Both the position numbers and the translations under genes were made by a program. The notes below the pieces were generated by a model. It searched no databases. It worked only from the letters and a program-made list of their open reading frames with translations, and had not been told where the DNA came from. DNA of 64,000 nt from an uncultured Gammaproteobacteria bacterium (lineage in GTDB: Bacteria; Pseudomonadota; Gammaproteobacteria; DRLM01). The stretch is from positions 96,001-160,000 of the forward strand of contig CAVSNY010000002.1 in assembly GCA_963729605.1 (NCBI GenBank), given 5' to 3'. Positions within the stretch are counted from its first letter, which is position 1. Each line of letters opens with the position of its first letter. Shown here piece after piece: positions 22,951 through 34,162 of this stretch.

Positions 22951-23964
22951 ATGCTTAAACGAGTAGGCTTGACTTTGATGGCGGCGCTGATGGGTTTGGG
23001 CGGCGCCGCGAGTGTTGCCGTGGCCCAAGACGAGTTGGTGGTGTATTCGGGCCGCAGTGACAGCTTCGTCAAACCGGTCGCCGAAGAATTTACCAAACGG
23101 ACCGGGACCCGGGTGATCCTGCACAACGCCAGTTCCACCGAGTTGTTGAACAAGCTGCGTGTCGAAGGCGAGCGTACCCAGGCCGATCTCTACTTGAGCA
23201 ACGACGCGGGCAATTTGCAGCTGGGCAGCGAACTGGGATTGTTCCAGCCTCTGCCGGAGGCCTCGGCCAAACTGGTGGATGCCCGCTGGCGTGCGCCGGA
23301 CAATACGTGGGTGGGCTTGTCGGCGCGGGCCCGGGTCTTGGTGGTGAACAACCGGGCCAAAGACCTGGGGTTCATCAAGTCGGTGTTCGATCTCGCCGAT
23401 CCGCGTTTGAAGGGGCGGCTCGGTATCACCAACAGCGCCAACGAGAGTTTCGTGGCGGGCGCCACGGTGTATATGCTGGCCGCCGGCAAGGAGAAGACCC
23501 GCGATTGGTTGCAGGGTCTGAAAGACAATGTGGGCAAGAGCGTGTTCGATAAACACGGCCAGATCGTCAGCGCGGTGGCCGCCGGCAAGGTGGACGTGGG
23601 TCTGGTGAATCACTATTACATCTACCGTCATTTGGATAGCCAGCCCAATGCGCCGATCCGCATCCTGCTGCCCGATCAGGGCGAACAGGGCATGGGGGTG
23701 GCGTGGAATGTCGCCGGCGTGGCGGTGAGCAAACACACCCGCAAAAAAGAAGCGGCGGAAAAATTCGTCGCCTTCCTGGTCTCGGAAGAAGGACAGAAGA
23801 TCTTCGCCGAGGTGAACGAGGAATATCCGACCCGCGCCGGCGTACCCGCCGCCGCGCGTCTGCCGGCGCCGGCCAGCGTCAAAGTGGCCAACGTGCCCTT
23901 GTCCAAATTGGGACCGGAGCGGGGTGCGACCCTCGACTTGATCGACGCGGTGGGCATGCCTTGA
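22951..23964 (+). CDS. Fe(III) ABC transporter substrate-binding protein (FbpA/FutA-like)
   Basis: Signal peptide, LVVYSGR, WVGLSARARV, VNHYY iron-ligand Tyr pair, EYP; Fur box upstream. Confidence 0.88.
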   Translation: MLKRVGLTLMAALMGLGGAASVAVAQDELVVYSGRSDSFVKPVAEEFTKRTGTRVILHNASSTELLNKLRVEGERTQADLYLSNDAGNLQLGSELGLFQPLPEASAKLVDARWRAPDNTWVGLSARARVLVVNNRAKDLGFIKSVFDLADPRLKGRLGITNSANESFVAGATVYMLAAGKEKTRDWLQGLKDNVGKSVFDKHGQIVSAVAAGKVDVGLVNHYYIYRHLDSQPNAPIRILLPDQGEQGMGVAWNVAGVAVSKHTRKKEAAEKFVAFLVSEEGQKIFAEVNEEYPTRAGVPAAARLPAPASVKVANVPLSKLGPERGATLDLIDAVGMP

Positions 23965-23992
23965 ATGGCGTGAGCCGGGTGTTGGGAGCGGG

Positions 23993-25561
23993 ATGATCAA
24001 AAGCAAATTCGGTCCACTGGGAACGGTGGCGGGGATGGTCGTGTTGGCGGCGGCCATCCCCTTATTATTTGTTATTTACAGCAGCGGGCAACTCAGCGCG
24101 GCGCAGTGGGCCGGGCTATGGAGCAGCCGCTTGCCGGTATTGCTGGGCAATACCTTGTCCTTGTCGGCGCTGGTCAGTGTCGGTTCGCTGGTGCTGGGCA
24201 TCTCGTCGGCCTGGTTGATCGCGCGCCGCGAGTTCCCCGGCCGCCGTCTCGCCCTGTGGTTGATGGTGCTGCCCCTGACCATTCCCACCTATGTGTTCGC
24301 CCATATCTACACCACCTTGTTCGAAGAGCAGGGCTGGCTGGGACGCTTGTGGCGCGCGCTGTTCGGCGAGGCGATCGCCATTCCCGATTTATACAACGTG
24401 TTCGGCGCGGCGTGGATATTGTCGCTGGCGAGTTTTTCCTATGTGTTTTTGCTGGCCCACGCGGCGCTGATCCACTCCAATCGCGCGCTGGAAGAGGCGG
24501 CGCGTATTCAGGGCGCCACGCCCTTGCGGGTGTTTTGGCACGTGACCCTGCCGCTGCTGCGGCCGGCCCTCGCCGCCGGGCTGGCGGTGGTGGTGCTGCA
24601 TGTCTTGTCGGACTTCGGCGCGGTGAGCATGCTGCGTTATCAGACCTTCACCTTGAGCATTTATCTGCAGATGAGCGGGCGTTTCGATTATCAAGGCGCC
24701 GCCGGTTTGAGTCTGGTGCTGGTCATGTTGTCGCTCACCTTCTTGGCGATGGAGCGTTTCTTCCGCACCCGCCAGCGTTATTACGCGGGCGCGCAAGGCG
24801 CCCTCATCAAACCCAAGCGGGCGCGGCCGTGGGAACTGGTATGGATAGGCCTGTGGCTCGGTTCCATCGTCTTGTTCGCTTTCGCCTTGCCGCTGTGGTG
24901 GATGTTGGAGTTGAGCTGGACGGCCTGGCACACCGGCGCGCTGGACGAGCGTTTCTGGGGTTATGTGTTCAATTCGCTGCTGGTGGCGTTTTGCGCGGCC
25001 ACCGCGGCGATGCTGGTCGCCTTGCCGATCGGTCTGTTTCACGTGCGCCGCCCCACCTGGCTCAGCGGCGGTTTCATGAATCTGTCCAGCGTCGGTTTCG
25101 TATTGCCCGGTCCGGTGATCGCCTTGGGCATGGTCACCTTCATGCTGGCGGCCTTGCCGGTGTTGTACGGCGGTCTCGCCGCCTTGGTGGCGGCGCTGGT
25201 GGTGCGTTTCCTGCCGCTGGCGGTGCAGGCGGAGGAGGCGGCCATGCAGCAGCTCACGCCGTCGGTCGAGCAGGCGGGCCGCGTGCACGGCGCGGGTCCC
25301 TTGGAGAATCTGTGGCGGGTGACCCTGCCGATGATCCGCGGCGGCCTGGCGGTGGCGTGGGTGCTGGTGTTCATCGATGTGCTGAAGGAATTGCCCGCCA
25401 CGCTGATTTTGCGGCCGATCGGTTTCGATACCCTGCCGGTGCGGATCTGGATCGAGGCCAGCGAGGAAATGCTGGAGCTGGCGGCCCCCGCCGCGTTGAT
25501 GCTGGTGGTGGCTTCGCTGCCCGCCTTGTGGATCCTGATGCGCGGCAAAAAAGGCCGTTAA
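23993..25561 (+). CDS. Fe(III) ABC transporter permease (FbpB-like)
   Basis: Two EAA loops (LEEAARIQGA, VEQAGRVHGA), DFGAV, KELPATLILRP. Confidence 0.9.
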   Translation: MIKSKFGPLGTVAGMVVLAAAIPLLFVIYSSGQLSAAQWAGLWSSRLPVLLGNTLSLSALVSVGSLVLGISSAWLIARREFPGRRLALWLMVLPLTIPTYVFAHIYTTLFEEQGWLGRLWRALFGEAIAIPDLYNVFGAAWILSLASFSYVFLLAHAALIHSNRALEEAARIQGATPLRVFWHVTLPLLRPALAAGLAVVVLHVLSDFGAVSMLRYQTFTLSIYLQMSGRFDYQGAAGLSLVLVMLSLTFLAMERFFRTRQRYYAGAQGALIKPKRARPWELVWIGLWLGSIVLFAFALPLWWMLELSWTAWHTGALDERFWGYVFNSLLVAFCAATAAMLVALPIGLFHVRRPTWLSGGFMNLSSVGFVLPGPVIALGMVTFMLAALPVLYGGLAALVAALVVRFLPLAVQAEEAAMQQLTPSVEQAGRVHGAGPLENLWRVTLPMIRGGLAVAWVLVFIDVLKELPATLILRPIGFDTLPVRIWIEASEEMLELAAPAALMLVVASLPALWILMRGKKGR

Positions 25562-25623
25562 AAGCCGGCGGGGGGAGCTTGGTTTCCGCCGCCGCCCTCG
25601 GTATAGTGGCGCCTCAACATTGT

Positions 25624-25788
25624 CCCCCGTGGGAGAGGCCCCGTTCAGTCGGGGCGCCGAAGGCGCAACCAGCCCGGAATCGCTCAGGCAAAAGGACCGC
25701 AGCGGGACGTTGACTCTGGAGAGCGGTCGCTGATGCGATCCACCGAAGGGGCTAAACGCTCTCAGGTACCCGGACAGAGGGGGCAACG
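25624..25788 (+). ncRNA. Tandem glycine riboswitch
   Basis: Two aptamers: GGGAGAG..CGCCGAAGGCGCAA..CTCAGGCAAAAGGAC and CTCTGGAGAG..CACCGAAGGGGC..CTCTCAGG..GGACAGAG; upstream of the gcv operon. Confidence 0.93.
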
Positions 25789-25824
25789 CTGGCGCGGCGC
25801 GCGGCGTTGCCCCTTTTTGTTTTT
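25780..25824 (+). terminator. Intrinsic terminator forming the riboswitch expression platform
   Basis: GGGGCAACGC..GCGTTGCCCC stem followed by TTTTTGTTTTT. Confidence 0.8.
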
Positions 25825-25873
25825 AGGACGGGACGAGCAACCAACCCAGGTTTGCTTCAGTAACGAGAACGCG

Positions 25874-26797
<924 letters not shown>

Positions 26798-26809
26798 GCG
26801 GGAGAAATC

Positions 26810-27907
26810 ATGGGTAAACGCACGCCTCTTTATGACACGCACCTCGCCGCCGGCGCCAAGCTGGTGGATTTCGGCGGCTGGGATATGCCGCTGCATTACG
26901 GCTCGCAAATCGAGGAACATCATCAAGTGCGCCGCGACGCGGGTATGTTCGACGTGTCGCACATGACCATCGTCGATCTGCGCGGCGAACGGGTGCAGGA
27001 TTTCCTGCGTCATCTGGTCGCCAACAACATCGACAAACTCAAACTCCCCGGCGGCGCGCTCTACACCTGCATGCTCAACGCGCAAGGCGGCGTCATCGAC
27101 GATTTGATCGTCTATTTCGTCGAGCCGCGCTGGTACCGCCTGGTGGTGAACGCGGCCACCCGCGACAAGGATCTGGCGTGGATCACCCAACAGGCCAAGG
27201 CCTTCGCGGTCGAGGTGCGCGAGCGCGCCGAGCTGGCAATGATCGCGATACAAGGTCCGCAAGCGCGCGACAAGACTCAGCGCGCCCTCGGCGATATCGT
27301 GCGCGCCGCCACCGCGTTGCAGAAACCGTTCACCTTCGTGGTGGTGGGCGACTTGTTCATCGCCCGCACCGGCTACACCGGCGAAGACGGTTACGAGATC
27401 ATGCTGCCCGCCGCCCAAGCCGCGACAGTGTGGCAAAAACTGGCGGCCGCCGGCGTGGTGCCCGCCGGTCTCGGCGCCCGCGATACCTTGCGTCTCGAAG
27501 CCGGCATGAATCTCTACGGCAGCGACATGGACGAGACCACCTCGCCCCTCGAATCGGGACTGGCCTGGACCGTGGCTTTCGAACCGGCGACGCGCGATTT
27601 CATCGGCCGCGCCGCGCTGGAGGCGCAGCGTCAGCGCGGCGCCGTCGCCGAGTTCGTCGGACTGGTGTTGCTCGACAAAGGCGTGTTGCGCAATCATCAA
27701 ACGGTGCTGCAAAACGGCGAGAAAATAGGCGAGATCACCAGCGGCGGTTTTTCACCGAGCCTGGGCCGGGCGATCGCGCTGGCACGGGTGAACGCTTCGG
27801 TGAGCGGCGATTGCCAAGTCGAGATCCGCGGCAAGTTGCTGGACGTGAAGGTGGTCAAGCCGCCCTTCGTGCGCAACGGCAAGATTTGCGTCGCGCTGCC
27901 CGCGTGA
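26810..27907 (+). CDS. gcvT: Glycine cleavage T protein (aminomethyltransferase)
   Basis: [38 protein letters not shown]. Confidence 0.97.
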   Translation: MGKRTPLYDTHLAAGAKLVDFGGWDMPLHYGSQIEEHHQVRRDAGMFDVSHMTIVDLRGERVQDFLRHLVANNIDKLKLPGGALYTCMLNAQGGVIDDLIVYFVEPRWYRLVVNAATRDKDLAWITQQAKAFAVEVRERAELAMIAIQGPQARDKTQRALGDIVRAATALQKPFTFVVVGDLFIARTGYTGEDGYEIMLPAAQAATVWQKLAAAGVVPAGLGARDTLRLEAGMNLYGSDMDETTSPLESGLAWTVAFEPATRDFIGRAALEAQRQRGAVAEFVGLVLLDKGVLRNHQTVLQNGEKIGEITSGGFSPSLGRAIALARVNASVSGDCQVEIRGKLLDVKVVKPPFVRNGKICVALPA

Positions 27908-27947
27908 ACGTTTGCGATATTCAAATTCAAATGATGAGGATGGACTC

Positions 27948-28343
27948 ATGAGTAATATTCCCGTTGATCTCAAGTACACCAAATCCCACGAATGGGTGCG
28001 CCGCGAAGCGGACGGCACCGTCACCGTGGGCATCACCGACCACGCCCAGGATTTGCTGGGCGATATGGTGTTCGTCGAATTGCCCGAACCGGGCCGCGCG
28101 CTGAAGGCGGGCCAGGAATGCGCGGTGGTGGAATCGGTGAAGGCCGCTTCCGACGTGTACAGTCCGCTCGCCGGCGAGGTGGTGGCGATCAACGACGTGT
28201 TGAGCGACAGCCCGGAACTCGTCAACAAGGCGCCTTACGGTGAAGGCTGGATGATGCGCATCAAACCCGCCGCCGCCGCGGAGATCGACGACCTGCTGGA
28301 CGCCGCCGCCTATCAGGCCCAGATCGAGAACGAGGCGGAGTGA
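27948..28343 (+). CDS. gcvH: Glycine cleavage H protein
   Basis: [23 protein letters not shown] (lipoyl Lys), PYGEGW. Confidence 0.97.
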   Translation: MSNIPVDLKYTKSHEWVRREADGTVTVGITDHAQDLLGDMVFVELPEPGRALKAGQECAVVESVKAASDVYSPLAGEVVAINDVLSDSPELVNKAPYGEGWMMRIKPAAAAEIDDLLDAAAYQAQIENEAE

Positions 28344-28355
28344 CCGGAGCAGTGA

Positions 28356-28473
28356 ACCACGGAGCGCGCGGAGTACACGGAGGAAGAAATGGATGTGTGC
28401 ATTGTCATTGGCGCGCAGCGGCGCTGATTCATCCACGTTGATTTTTATTTGAGTACGCCATGGCCTCCGTGGT
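28356..28473. repeat. CACGGAG-type REP-like inverted repeat element
   Basis: ACCACGGAG..CGCGGAG..CACGGAG and distal CTCCGTGGT; a related remnant lies at 56257-56352. Confidence 0.55.
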
Positions 28474-28493
28474 GACAATTTTTGGAGTGTGTT

Positions 28494-29852
28494 ATGCCGT
28501 TTATTCCACATACTGAGCAGGAAGTCCGCGAAATGCTGGACGCCATCGGCGCCCGCAGCATCGACGATCTCTTCGACGAGATTCCTGCCGATTTACGCGC
28601 CGAATTGAAAGACGTGCCGCCCGGCCTGCCCGAGATGGCGGTGATGCGGCTGATGGCCGCGCGCGCGCAGCAGGATCACTGCGATTTGTGTTTCATCGGC
28701 GCCGGCGCTTACGAACATCATATTCCCGCGGCGGTGTGGGAGATCACCACCCGCGGCGAATATTACACCGCCTACACGCCTTATCAGGCCGAGGCCAGCC
28801 AAGGCACCTTGCAGCTGCTCTACGAATACCAGACCATGATGGCGGGGCTGACCGGCCTCGACGTGTCCAATGCGTCTTTGTACGACGGCGCGTCGGCCCT
28901 GGCCGAGGCGGTGTTGATGGCGGTGCGCGCCAACCGCCACTCCAAATCCAAGCGCATCCTCATGCCGGCGACGGTGCATCCGCATTACCGCCAGGTGGTG
29001 CACGCCATCGTCCGCAACCAGGGCGTCGAGCTGGTGGAGCTGGCTTATTCGCGCGACGGCGGCCACATCGATCCCGCGAGCCTGCAACAGTACGCCGGTG
29101 AGGATTTTGCCGCGCTGGTGATTCCGCAGCCCAATTTCTTCGGCGTGCTGGAAGAGGTGGATGTCCTCACCGATTGGGCCCACGCCCAAGGCGCGCTGGT
29201 GATCGGCGTGGTGAATCCCACCGCCCTGGCCTTGCTCACGCCGCCGGGGGCATGGGGCGCCAAAGGCGCCGACATCGCCTGCGGCGAAGGCCAACCTTTG
29301 GGTGCGCCCTTGTCGTCGGGCGGCCCGTATTTCGGTTTCATGTGTTGCCGCCAGGAATGGGTGCGGCAAATGCCGGGCCGTATCGTCGGCCGCACCGTCG
29401 ATCGCGACGGCAAACCCGGTTTCACGCTGACCTTGCAGGCCCGCGAACAACACATCCGCCGTTCCAAGGCCACGTCGAATATCTGCACCAACCAAGGTTT
29501 GGTGGTGACCGCCGCGACGATTTATACCTCGCTGCTGGGCGCCGAGGGGTTGGAGCGAGTCGCGGCCGCCAGTCACGCCAATACCTTGCGGCTGGCGGAC
29601 AAACTCTGCGGCGTGGCCGGCGTCGAGCGGGTATTCGACCGCCCGGTATTCCACGAGACCGTGCTGCGCCTGCCGCGGCCGGTGGAGGAGGTGCTGGCGG
29701 CCCTGGCCGAGCGCAGCATCGCCGGCGGCTTCAATCTCAGTGAAGCCTACCCGGAGTTGGGCGACGCGGTGCTGGTGTGCGCCACCGAAACCAAGAGCGA
29801 GGCCGATTTGGACGAGTACGCCGCCGTGCTGGGGGCTATACTCGGCCGGTAA
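28494..29852 (+). CDS. gcvPA: Glycine dehydrogenase subunit A
   Basis: [37 protein letters not shown]. Confidence 0.96.
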   Translation: MPFIPHTEQEVREMLDAIGARSIDDLFDEIPADLRAELKDVPPGLPEMAVMRLMAARAQQDHCDLCFIGAGAYEHHIPAAVWEITTRGEYYTAYTPYQAEASQGTLQLLYEYQTMMAGLTGLDVSNASLYDGASALAEAVLMAVRANRHSKSKRILMPATVHPHYRQVVHAIVRNQGVELVELAYSRDGGHIDPASLQQYAGEDFAALVIPQPNFFGVLEEVDVLTDWAHAQGALVIGVVNPTALALLTPPGAWGAKGADIACGEGQPLGAPLSSGGPYFGFMCCRQEWVRQMPGRIVGRTVDRDGKPGFTLTLQAREQHIRRSKATSNICTNQGLVVTAATIYTSLLGAEGLERVAAASHANTLRLADKLCGVAGVERVFDRPVFHETVLRLPRPVEEVLAALAERSIAGGFNLSEAYPELGDAVLVCATETKSEADLDEYAAVLGAILGR

Positions 29853-29889
29853 TTGTTCGATCTCAAGTGCGACAGCAAAGGAGTTAGCC

Positions 29890-30387
29890 ATGGCGACGAT
29901 CACTTTGAAGAGTAACGAGATACACACCAACGGCGAATTGCCGGCGGTGGGCAGCACGGCCCCGGATTTCCATCTGGTCGACAAAGACCTCAACGATGTC
30001 CGGCTCGGCGATTTCAAAGGCAAGAAGAAATTGCTGAACATCGTGCCGAGTCTCGACACCTCGGTGTGCGCCACCTCGGCGCGCAAATTCAATGAATACA
30101 TAAAAGGTCGCAGCGATTTGGTGGTGCTGACCATCTCCGCCGACCTGCCCTTCGCCCAAGGCCGTTTTTGCCAGAGCGAAGGACTCAGCAACGTGGTGAC
30201 CTTGTCGATGATGCGCTCGCGCAATTTCGCCAAGGACTACGGCGTGCTGATCCAGGACGGGCCGCTGGCCGGCATCACCGCGCGCGCCATCGTGGTGCTC
30301 GACGAACAGGACCGGGTGGTTTACACCGAACTGGTGCCGGAGATCGCCCAGGAACCCAATTACGATAAGGCGCTGGCGGCGCTGTAG
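29890..30387 (+). CDS. tpx: Thiol peroxidase (Tpx-type peroxiredoxin)
   Basis: [37 protein letters not shown]. Confidence 0.93.
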   Translation: MATITLKSNEIHTNGELPAVGSTAPDFHLVDKDLNDVRLGDFKGKKKLLNIVPSLDTSVCATSARKFNEYIKGRSDLVVLTISADLPFAQGRFCQSEGLSNVVTLSMMRSRNFAKDYGVLIQDGPLAGITARAIVVLDEQDRVVYTELVPEIAQEPNYDKALAAL

Positions 30388-30459
30388 GAACAACAATGCG
30401 AGATCGGGCATCATAAAGAATCTTCGTTTCGAAGGCGTGAGTGAGTTAGACAGGCCAAA

Positions 30460-31188
30460 ATGTTTGAGAAGCTAAAGACGAAAGGCTTTCAAGTCATGAC
30501 GCTGCATCATGCGGAAGCTATTTTGAAGCATGATATGGCTGATGCCGTTACCGAGCTCGAAGCGATTCTGGTTGATGTCAAGATTCCCGCCGAGGAACTC
30601 ATCCGGGGCGGCGGTGGGGAGGGTGAACTCACCCAGCGCATGCGCCGTGCGCTGGCGGGTGATTATGGGTGGAAGAAGCACAATTTCGAAATCAAGAAGA
30701 TTGTCGACGGCGAGGAAAAGGAGTCCATCTCGCACGAAATCGATCACGTTAAGCGTTTCCCCGCCGGTACCTTTGCTCTTGAGATCGAATGGAACAATAA
30801 AGATCCATTTTTTGACCGGGATCTGGAGAATTTCAAACGCCTGCACGCCGATGGGGTGATTTCGATGGGCGCCATCATAACCCGAGGTGTTACGCTCCAA
30901 GAATCCCTGCGAGAGGTGGTCGCGCAGTTTGCGCGGAAGTACGGCATCAATGGACCGGACGCACTCTCGAAATACTACGCACCGACGGCGCGCCAGCTTT
31001 ATCTGATTCAGCGCGCGGCCAAGGCCAAAGGCTCCTTCGAGGAAGGCTGGGCTCATATGTTTGTGTCGGACAAATTTGGCGAGGCGACAACTCACTGGCG
31101 GAAACTTGAGGATCGAGTCCGGCGGGGCGTCGGCAATCCCTGCCCTCTGTTGTTGATTGGTATTCCCAAGCAAGTTGTGGTCGTATAG
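30460..31188 (+). CDS. BglII/BstYI-family type II restriction endonuclease
   Basis: HEIDHVK..ALEIEWNNKDPFFDRDLENF motif, GNPCPLLLIGI C-terminus; paired with a methyltransferase. Confidence 0.8.
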   Translation: MFEKLKTKGFQVMTLHHAEAILKHDMADAVTELEAILVDVKIPAEELIRGGGGEGELTQRMRRALAGDYGWKKHNFEIKKIVDGEEKESISHEIDHVKRFPAGTFALEIEWNNKDPFFDRDLENFKRLHADGVISMGAIITRGVTLQESLREVVAQFARKYGINGPDALSKYYAPTARQLYLIQRAAKAKGSFEEGWAHMFVSDKFGEATTHWRKLEDRVRRGVGNPCPLLLIGIPKQVVVV

Positions 31189-31206
31189 AAAACTAAGGAA
31201 ACAGTC

Positions 31207-31896
31207 ATGACGGCGAAAATCTACAACATCGCGGAACCCAATCCGTCGGAAGATCTCCTGGCTAAGATGGCCGGACAATACTCGACAATATTGGCCGATC
31301 CTCCTTGGCAGTTTCAGAATCGCACCGGAAAGATGGCACCCGAGCACCGGCGTTTGCTTCGATACCCGACCATGGAGTTGAAAGAAATCATGGAACTCCC
31401 CGTTTCACGCCTCGCCGCCGCAAAGTCGCATTTATATTTGTGGGTGCCGAATGCCCTTCTTCAAGAAGGGCTAAAAGTCATGGAGGCCTGGGGTTTCACC
31501 TACAAATCCAACTTGGTCTGGTACAAGATCCGAAAGGACGGCGGCCCGGATGGGCGTGGTGTCGGTTTCTATTTCCGCAACGTTACGGAATTGGTTTTAT
31601 TCGGTGTTCGCGGCAGTATGCGCACGCTTCCTCCAGGCCGAACGCAGGTTAACGTGCTGGCCACTCGTAAACGCGAGCACTCGCGCAAACCGGATGAAAT
31701 TTATGATCTGATCGAATCCTGTTCGCCAGGCCCCTATTTGGAGCTTTTCGCGCGTTTCCGCCGCCCGAGTTGGAATCAGTGGGGTAATGAAGACGTGGAG
31801 GAAAATTCGCATTATGGGGTGGCCAGACGAAAAGGACATGCCGATTCTCAGCTACGTCTTCTTGAAACGCCCCGTGGTTATGGTAATAAGAGATAA
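31207..31896 (+). CDS. MT-A70-family N6-adenine methyltransferase
   Basis: ILADPPW catalytic motif, LYLWVPN, WGFTYK, HSRKP, LELFAR. Confidence 0.92.
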   Translation: MTAKIYNIAEPNPSEDLLAKMAGQYSTILADPPWQFQNRTGKMAPEHRRLLRYPTMELKEIMELPVSRLAAAKSHLYLWVPNALLQEGLKVMEAWGFTYKSNLVWYKIRKDGGPDGRGVGFYFRNVTELVLFGVRGSMRTLPPGRTQVNVLATRKREHSRKPDEIYDLIESCSPGPYLELFARFRRPSWNQWGNEDVEENSHYGVARRKGHADSQLRLLETPRGYGNKR

Positions 31897-32034
31897 GGGT
31901 CCGATCTGATTTTTTGTGAAGATTTAACCTGTGAGTACAGTATCAGTCGTGTTCCAGTCCGGCCGTCCTAGCGCACAGGATTCGCAGTTTGTTTGTTGCA
32001 ATTACCTTGAAATTATTAAAGCGAGCGCCTTGAT

Positions 32035-33489
32035 ATGTTGATCTTCGAACATTCCCGTCCCGGACGCCGGGCTTACGCGCAAGCGCCGGCGGCCGTCGAG
32101 GCCGCGCCGGCGATACCCGCGCATCTGCGCCGCAAGCGGAGGCCGCTGCTGCCCGAGGTTTCGGAACTGCAAGTGGTGCGGCATTACACCCGTTTGTCGC
32201 AAAAGAATTTTTCCATCGACACCCATTTTTATCCGCTGGGTTCGTGCACCATGAAATACAACCCGCGGGCCTGCAACGGGGCGGCCTTGCTGCCGGGTTT
32301 CCGCAACCGGCATCCGCTGGCGCCGGAATGCATGGGCCAGGGTTATCTCGCCTGCCTGTATGAATTGCAGGAGATGTTGAAGGACGTCACCGGCATGCGC
32401 GGCGTGTCGCTCACGCCGATGGCCGGTTCGCAGGGCGAGTTCGCCGGCGTGGCGATGATCCGCGCCTACCACGACGCGCGCGGCGACACCGCCCGCAGCG
32501 AAATCCTGGTGCCCGACGCGGCGCACGGCACCAATCCCGCCACCGCGGTGATGTGCGGCTACACGGTGCGCGAGATTCCCACCGACCGTAACGGCGACGT
32601 CGACCTCGCCGCGCTCAAGGCGGCGGTGGGCCCGCATACCGCGGGCATCATGCTCACCAATCCCTCCACCCTCGGGGTGTTCGAACGGCGCATCACCGAG
32701 ATCGCGAAAATCGTCCATCAGGCCGGCGGCCTGTTGTATTACGACGGCGCCAATCTCAACGCCATCCTCGGCAAGGTTAAGCCGGGCGACATGGGTTTCG
32801 ACGTGGTGCATCTGAATCTGCACAAAACGTTTTCCACGCCCCACGGCGGCGGCGGGCCCGGCGCGGGACCGGTGGGGGTGAGCGAACGCCTGATGCCCTT
32901 CCTGCCTTTGCCGCGGGTGGGTTATGACGGCAAGACATACCGTTGGCTGACGGAAAAAGACAGTCCGCAAAGTATCGGCCGCCTGTCGGCGTTCATGGGC
33001 AATGCCGGGGTATTGATCCGCGCCTACGTCTACGCGCGTCTGCTGGGCCGCGAGGGCATGCAGCGCGTGGCGGAATACGCCACCCTCAATGCCAATTATC
33101 TGTTGGCCGAATTCGTGAAGCGCGGTTTCACGCCGGCCTTCCCCGCGCGGCGCGCCACCCACGAATTCATCCTCACCATGAAGGCGCAGGCCAAGGAGCT
33201 GGATGTGAACGCGATGGATTTCGCCAAGCGCCTGCTCGATTACGGCTATCACGCGCCCACCACGTATTTTCCGCTGCTGGTGCCCGAGTGTCTGCTCATC
33301 GAACCCACCGAGACCGAGGCCAAGGAAACCTTGGACGGTTTCGTCGAGGCGATGACCCGGATCCTCCGCGAGGCGGAAGTGGAACCTGAGAAGGTGAAAG
33401 GCGCGCCTTATACCTTGCCGGTGCGGCGCCTGGACGATGTGCGCGCCGCACGCGAACTGGACCTCACCTGGCGGCCGGCCGCCGAATAA
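32035..33489 (+). CDS. gcvPB: Glycine dehydrogenase subunit B
   Basis: [30 protein letters not shown] (PLP Lys), IEPTETE. Confidence 0.97.
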   Translation: MLIFEHSRPGRRAYAQAPAAVEAAPAIPAHLRRKRRPLLPEVSELQVVRHYTRLSQKNFSIDTHFYPLGSCTMKYNPRACNGAALLPGFRNRHPLAPECMGQGYLACLYELQEMLKDVTGMRGVSLTPMAGSQGEFAGVAMIRAYHDARGDTARSEILVPDAAHGTNPATAVMCGYTVREIPTDRNGDVDLAALKAAVGPHTAGIMLTNPSTLGVFERRITEIAKIVHQAGGLLYYDGANLNAILGKVKPGDMGFDVVHLNLHKTFSTPHGGGGPGAGPVGVSERLMPFLPLPRVGYDGKTYRWLTEKDSPQSIGRLSAFMGNAGVLIRAYVYARLLGREGMQRVAEYATLNANYLLAEFVKRGFTPAFPARRATHEFILTMKAQAKELDVNAMDFAKRLLDYGYHAPTTYFPLLVPECLLIEPTETEAKETLDGFVEAMTRILREAEVEPEKVKGAPYTLPVRRLDDVRAARELDLTWRPAAE

Positions 33490-33495
33490 GTCGGC

Positions 33496-33858
33496 ATGAA
33501 CAAACCGGGGAATACGGGATTCAAGCGCATCGTTTGCGCCGCGACGTATTCCTTCGCCGGTTTGGCCTGGGCCTGGCGTCACGAGGCCGCCTTTCGTCAG
33601 GAGGTGCTGCTGGTCTTGGTGCTGGCGCCGCTCGGTTGGTACCTTGGCGACGGCGGCGTCGAGCGGGCGCTGCTGCTGGGTGTGTTGCTGCTGGTGCTGA
33701 TGGCCGAGTTGATCAATTCGGCGCTGGAGGCGGTGGTGGATCGTTTCGGCCACGAGCAACACCCACTCTCCAAGGCGGCGAAGGACATGGGGTCGGCGGC
33801 GGTGCTGGTCGCCTTGGTGAACGCGGCGGTGGTGTGGACGCTGGTGTTGACGGGATGA
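33496..33858 (+). CDS. dgkA: Diacylglycerol kinase
   Basis: HEAAFRQE, ELINSALEAVVDR, AKDMGSAAV. Confidence 0.93.
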   Translation: MNKPGNTGFKRIVCAATYSFAGLAWAWRHEAAFRQEVLLVLVLAPLGWYLGDGGVERALLLGVLLLVLMAELINSALEAVVDRFGHEQHPLSKAAKDMGSAAVLVALVNAAVVWTLVLTG

Positions 33859-33915
33859 AGGCGTTTGGCGAGCGCTGATGAAGATGAGCCGCCTAGCCCC
33901 CGTGTAAAAATAAAC

Positions 33916-34037
33916 GCAGGGCGGGTTCGCGCGGCGTGACCCACCGGCGCGCGCCGGCAGGCGCTCTTTGGAATCACTTTAGAGGCGCTACGCGGCGGCT
34001 GGCCGGGTACGCCGCTGACGCGGCGCATCCGCCCTGC
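33916..34037. repeat. Degenerate REPIN (inverted pair of GTAG-class REP units)
   Basis: GCAGGGCGGGTTCGCGCGGCGTGACCCACC ... GGGTACGCCGC..GCATCCGCCCTGC. Confidence 0.5.
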
Positions 34038-34162
34038 ATTGATATAAAGGCGGTCGAGAAATTTCCGCCTCACATTAATTTGCCGCTTTGCGGCACGATA
34101 TCGTTATCGTTTGTCGATGGTGGGCCTCGCCGCGACAGCGTCACAACTTACTGGAGATGTTC

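Noticed and set aside
25733-25873. N-terminal extension of lipA from 25733
   Set aside because: It runs through the riboswitch aptamer and terminator.
30460-31896. Assigning MunI specificity (CAATTG) to the R-M pair
   Set aside because: No supporting evidence. CAATTG occurs freely (e.g. 1715, 4761), and specificity cannot be read from the sequence by eye.
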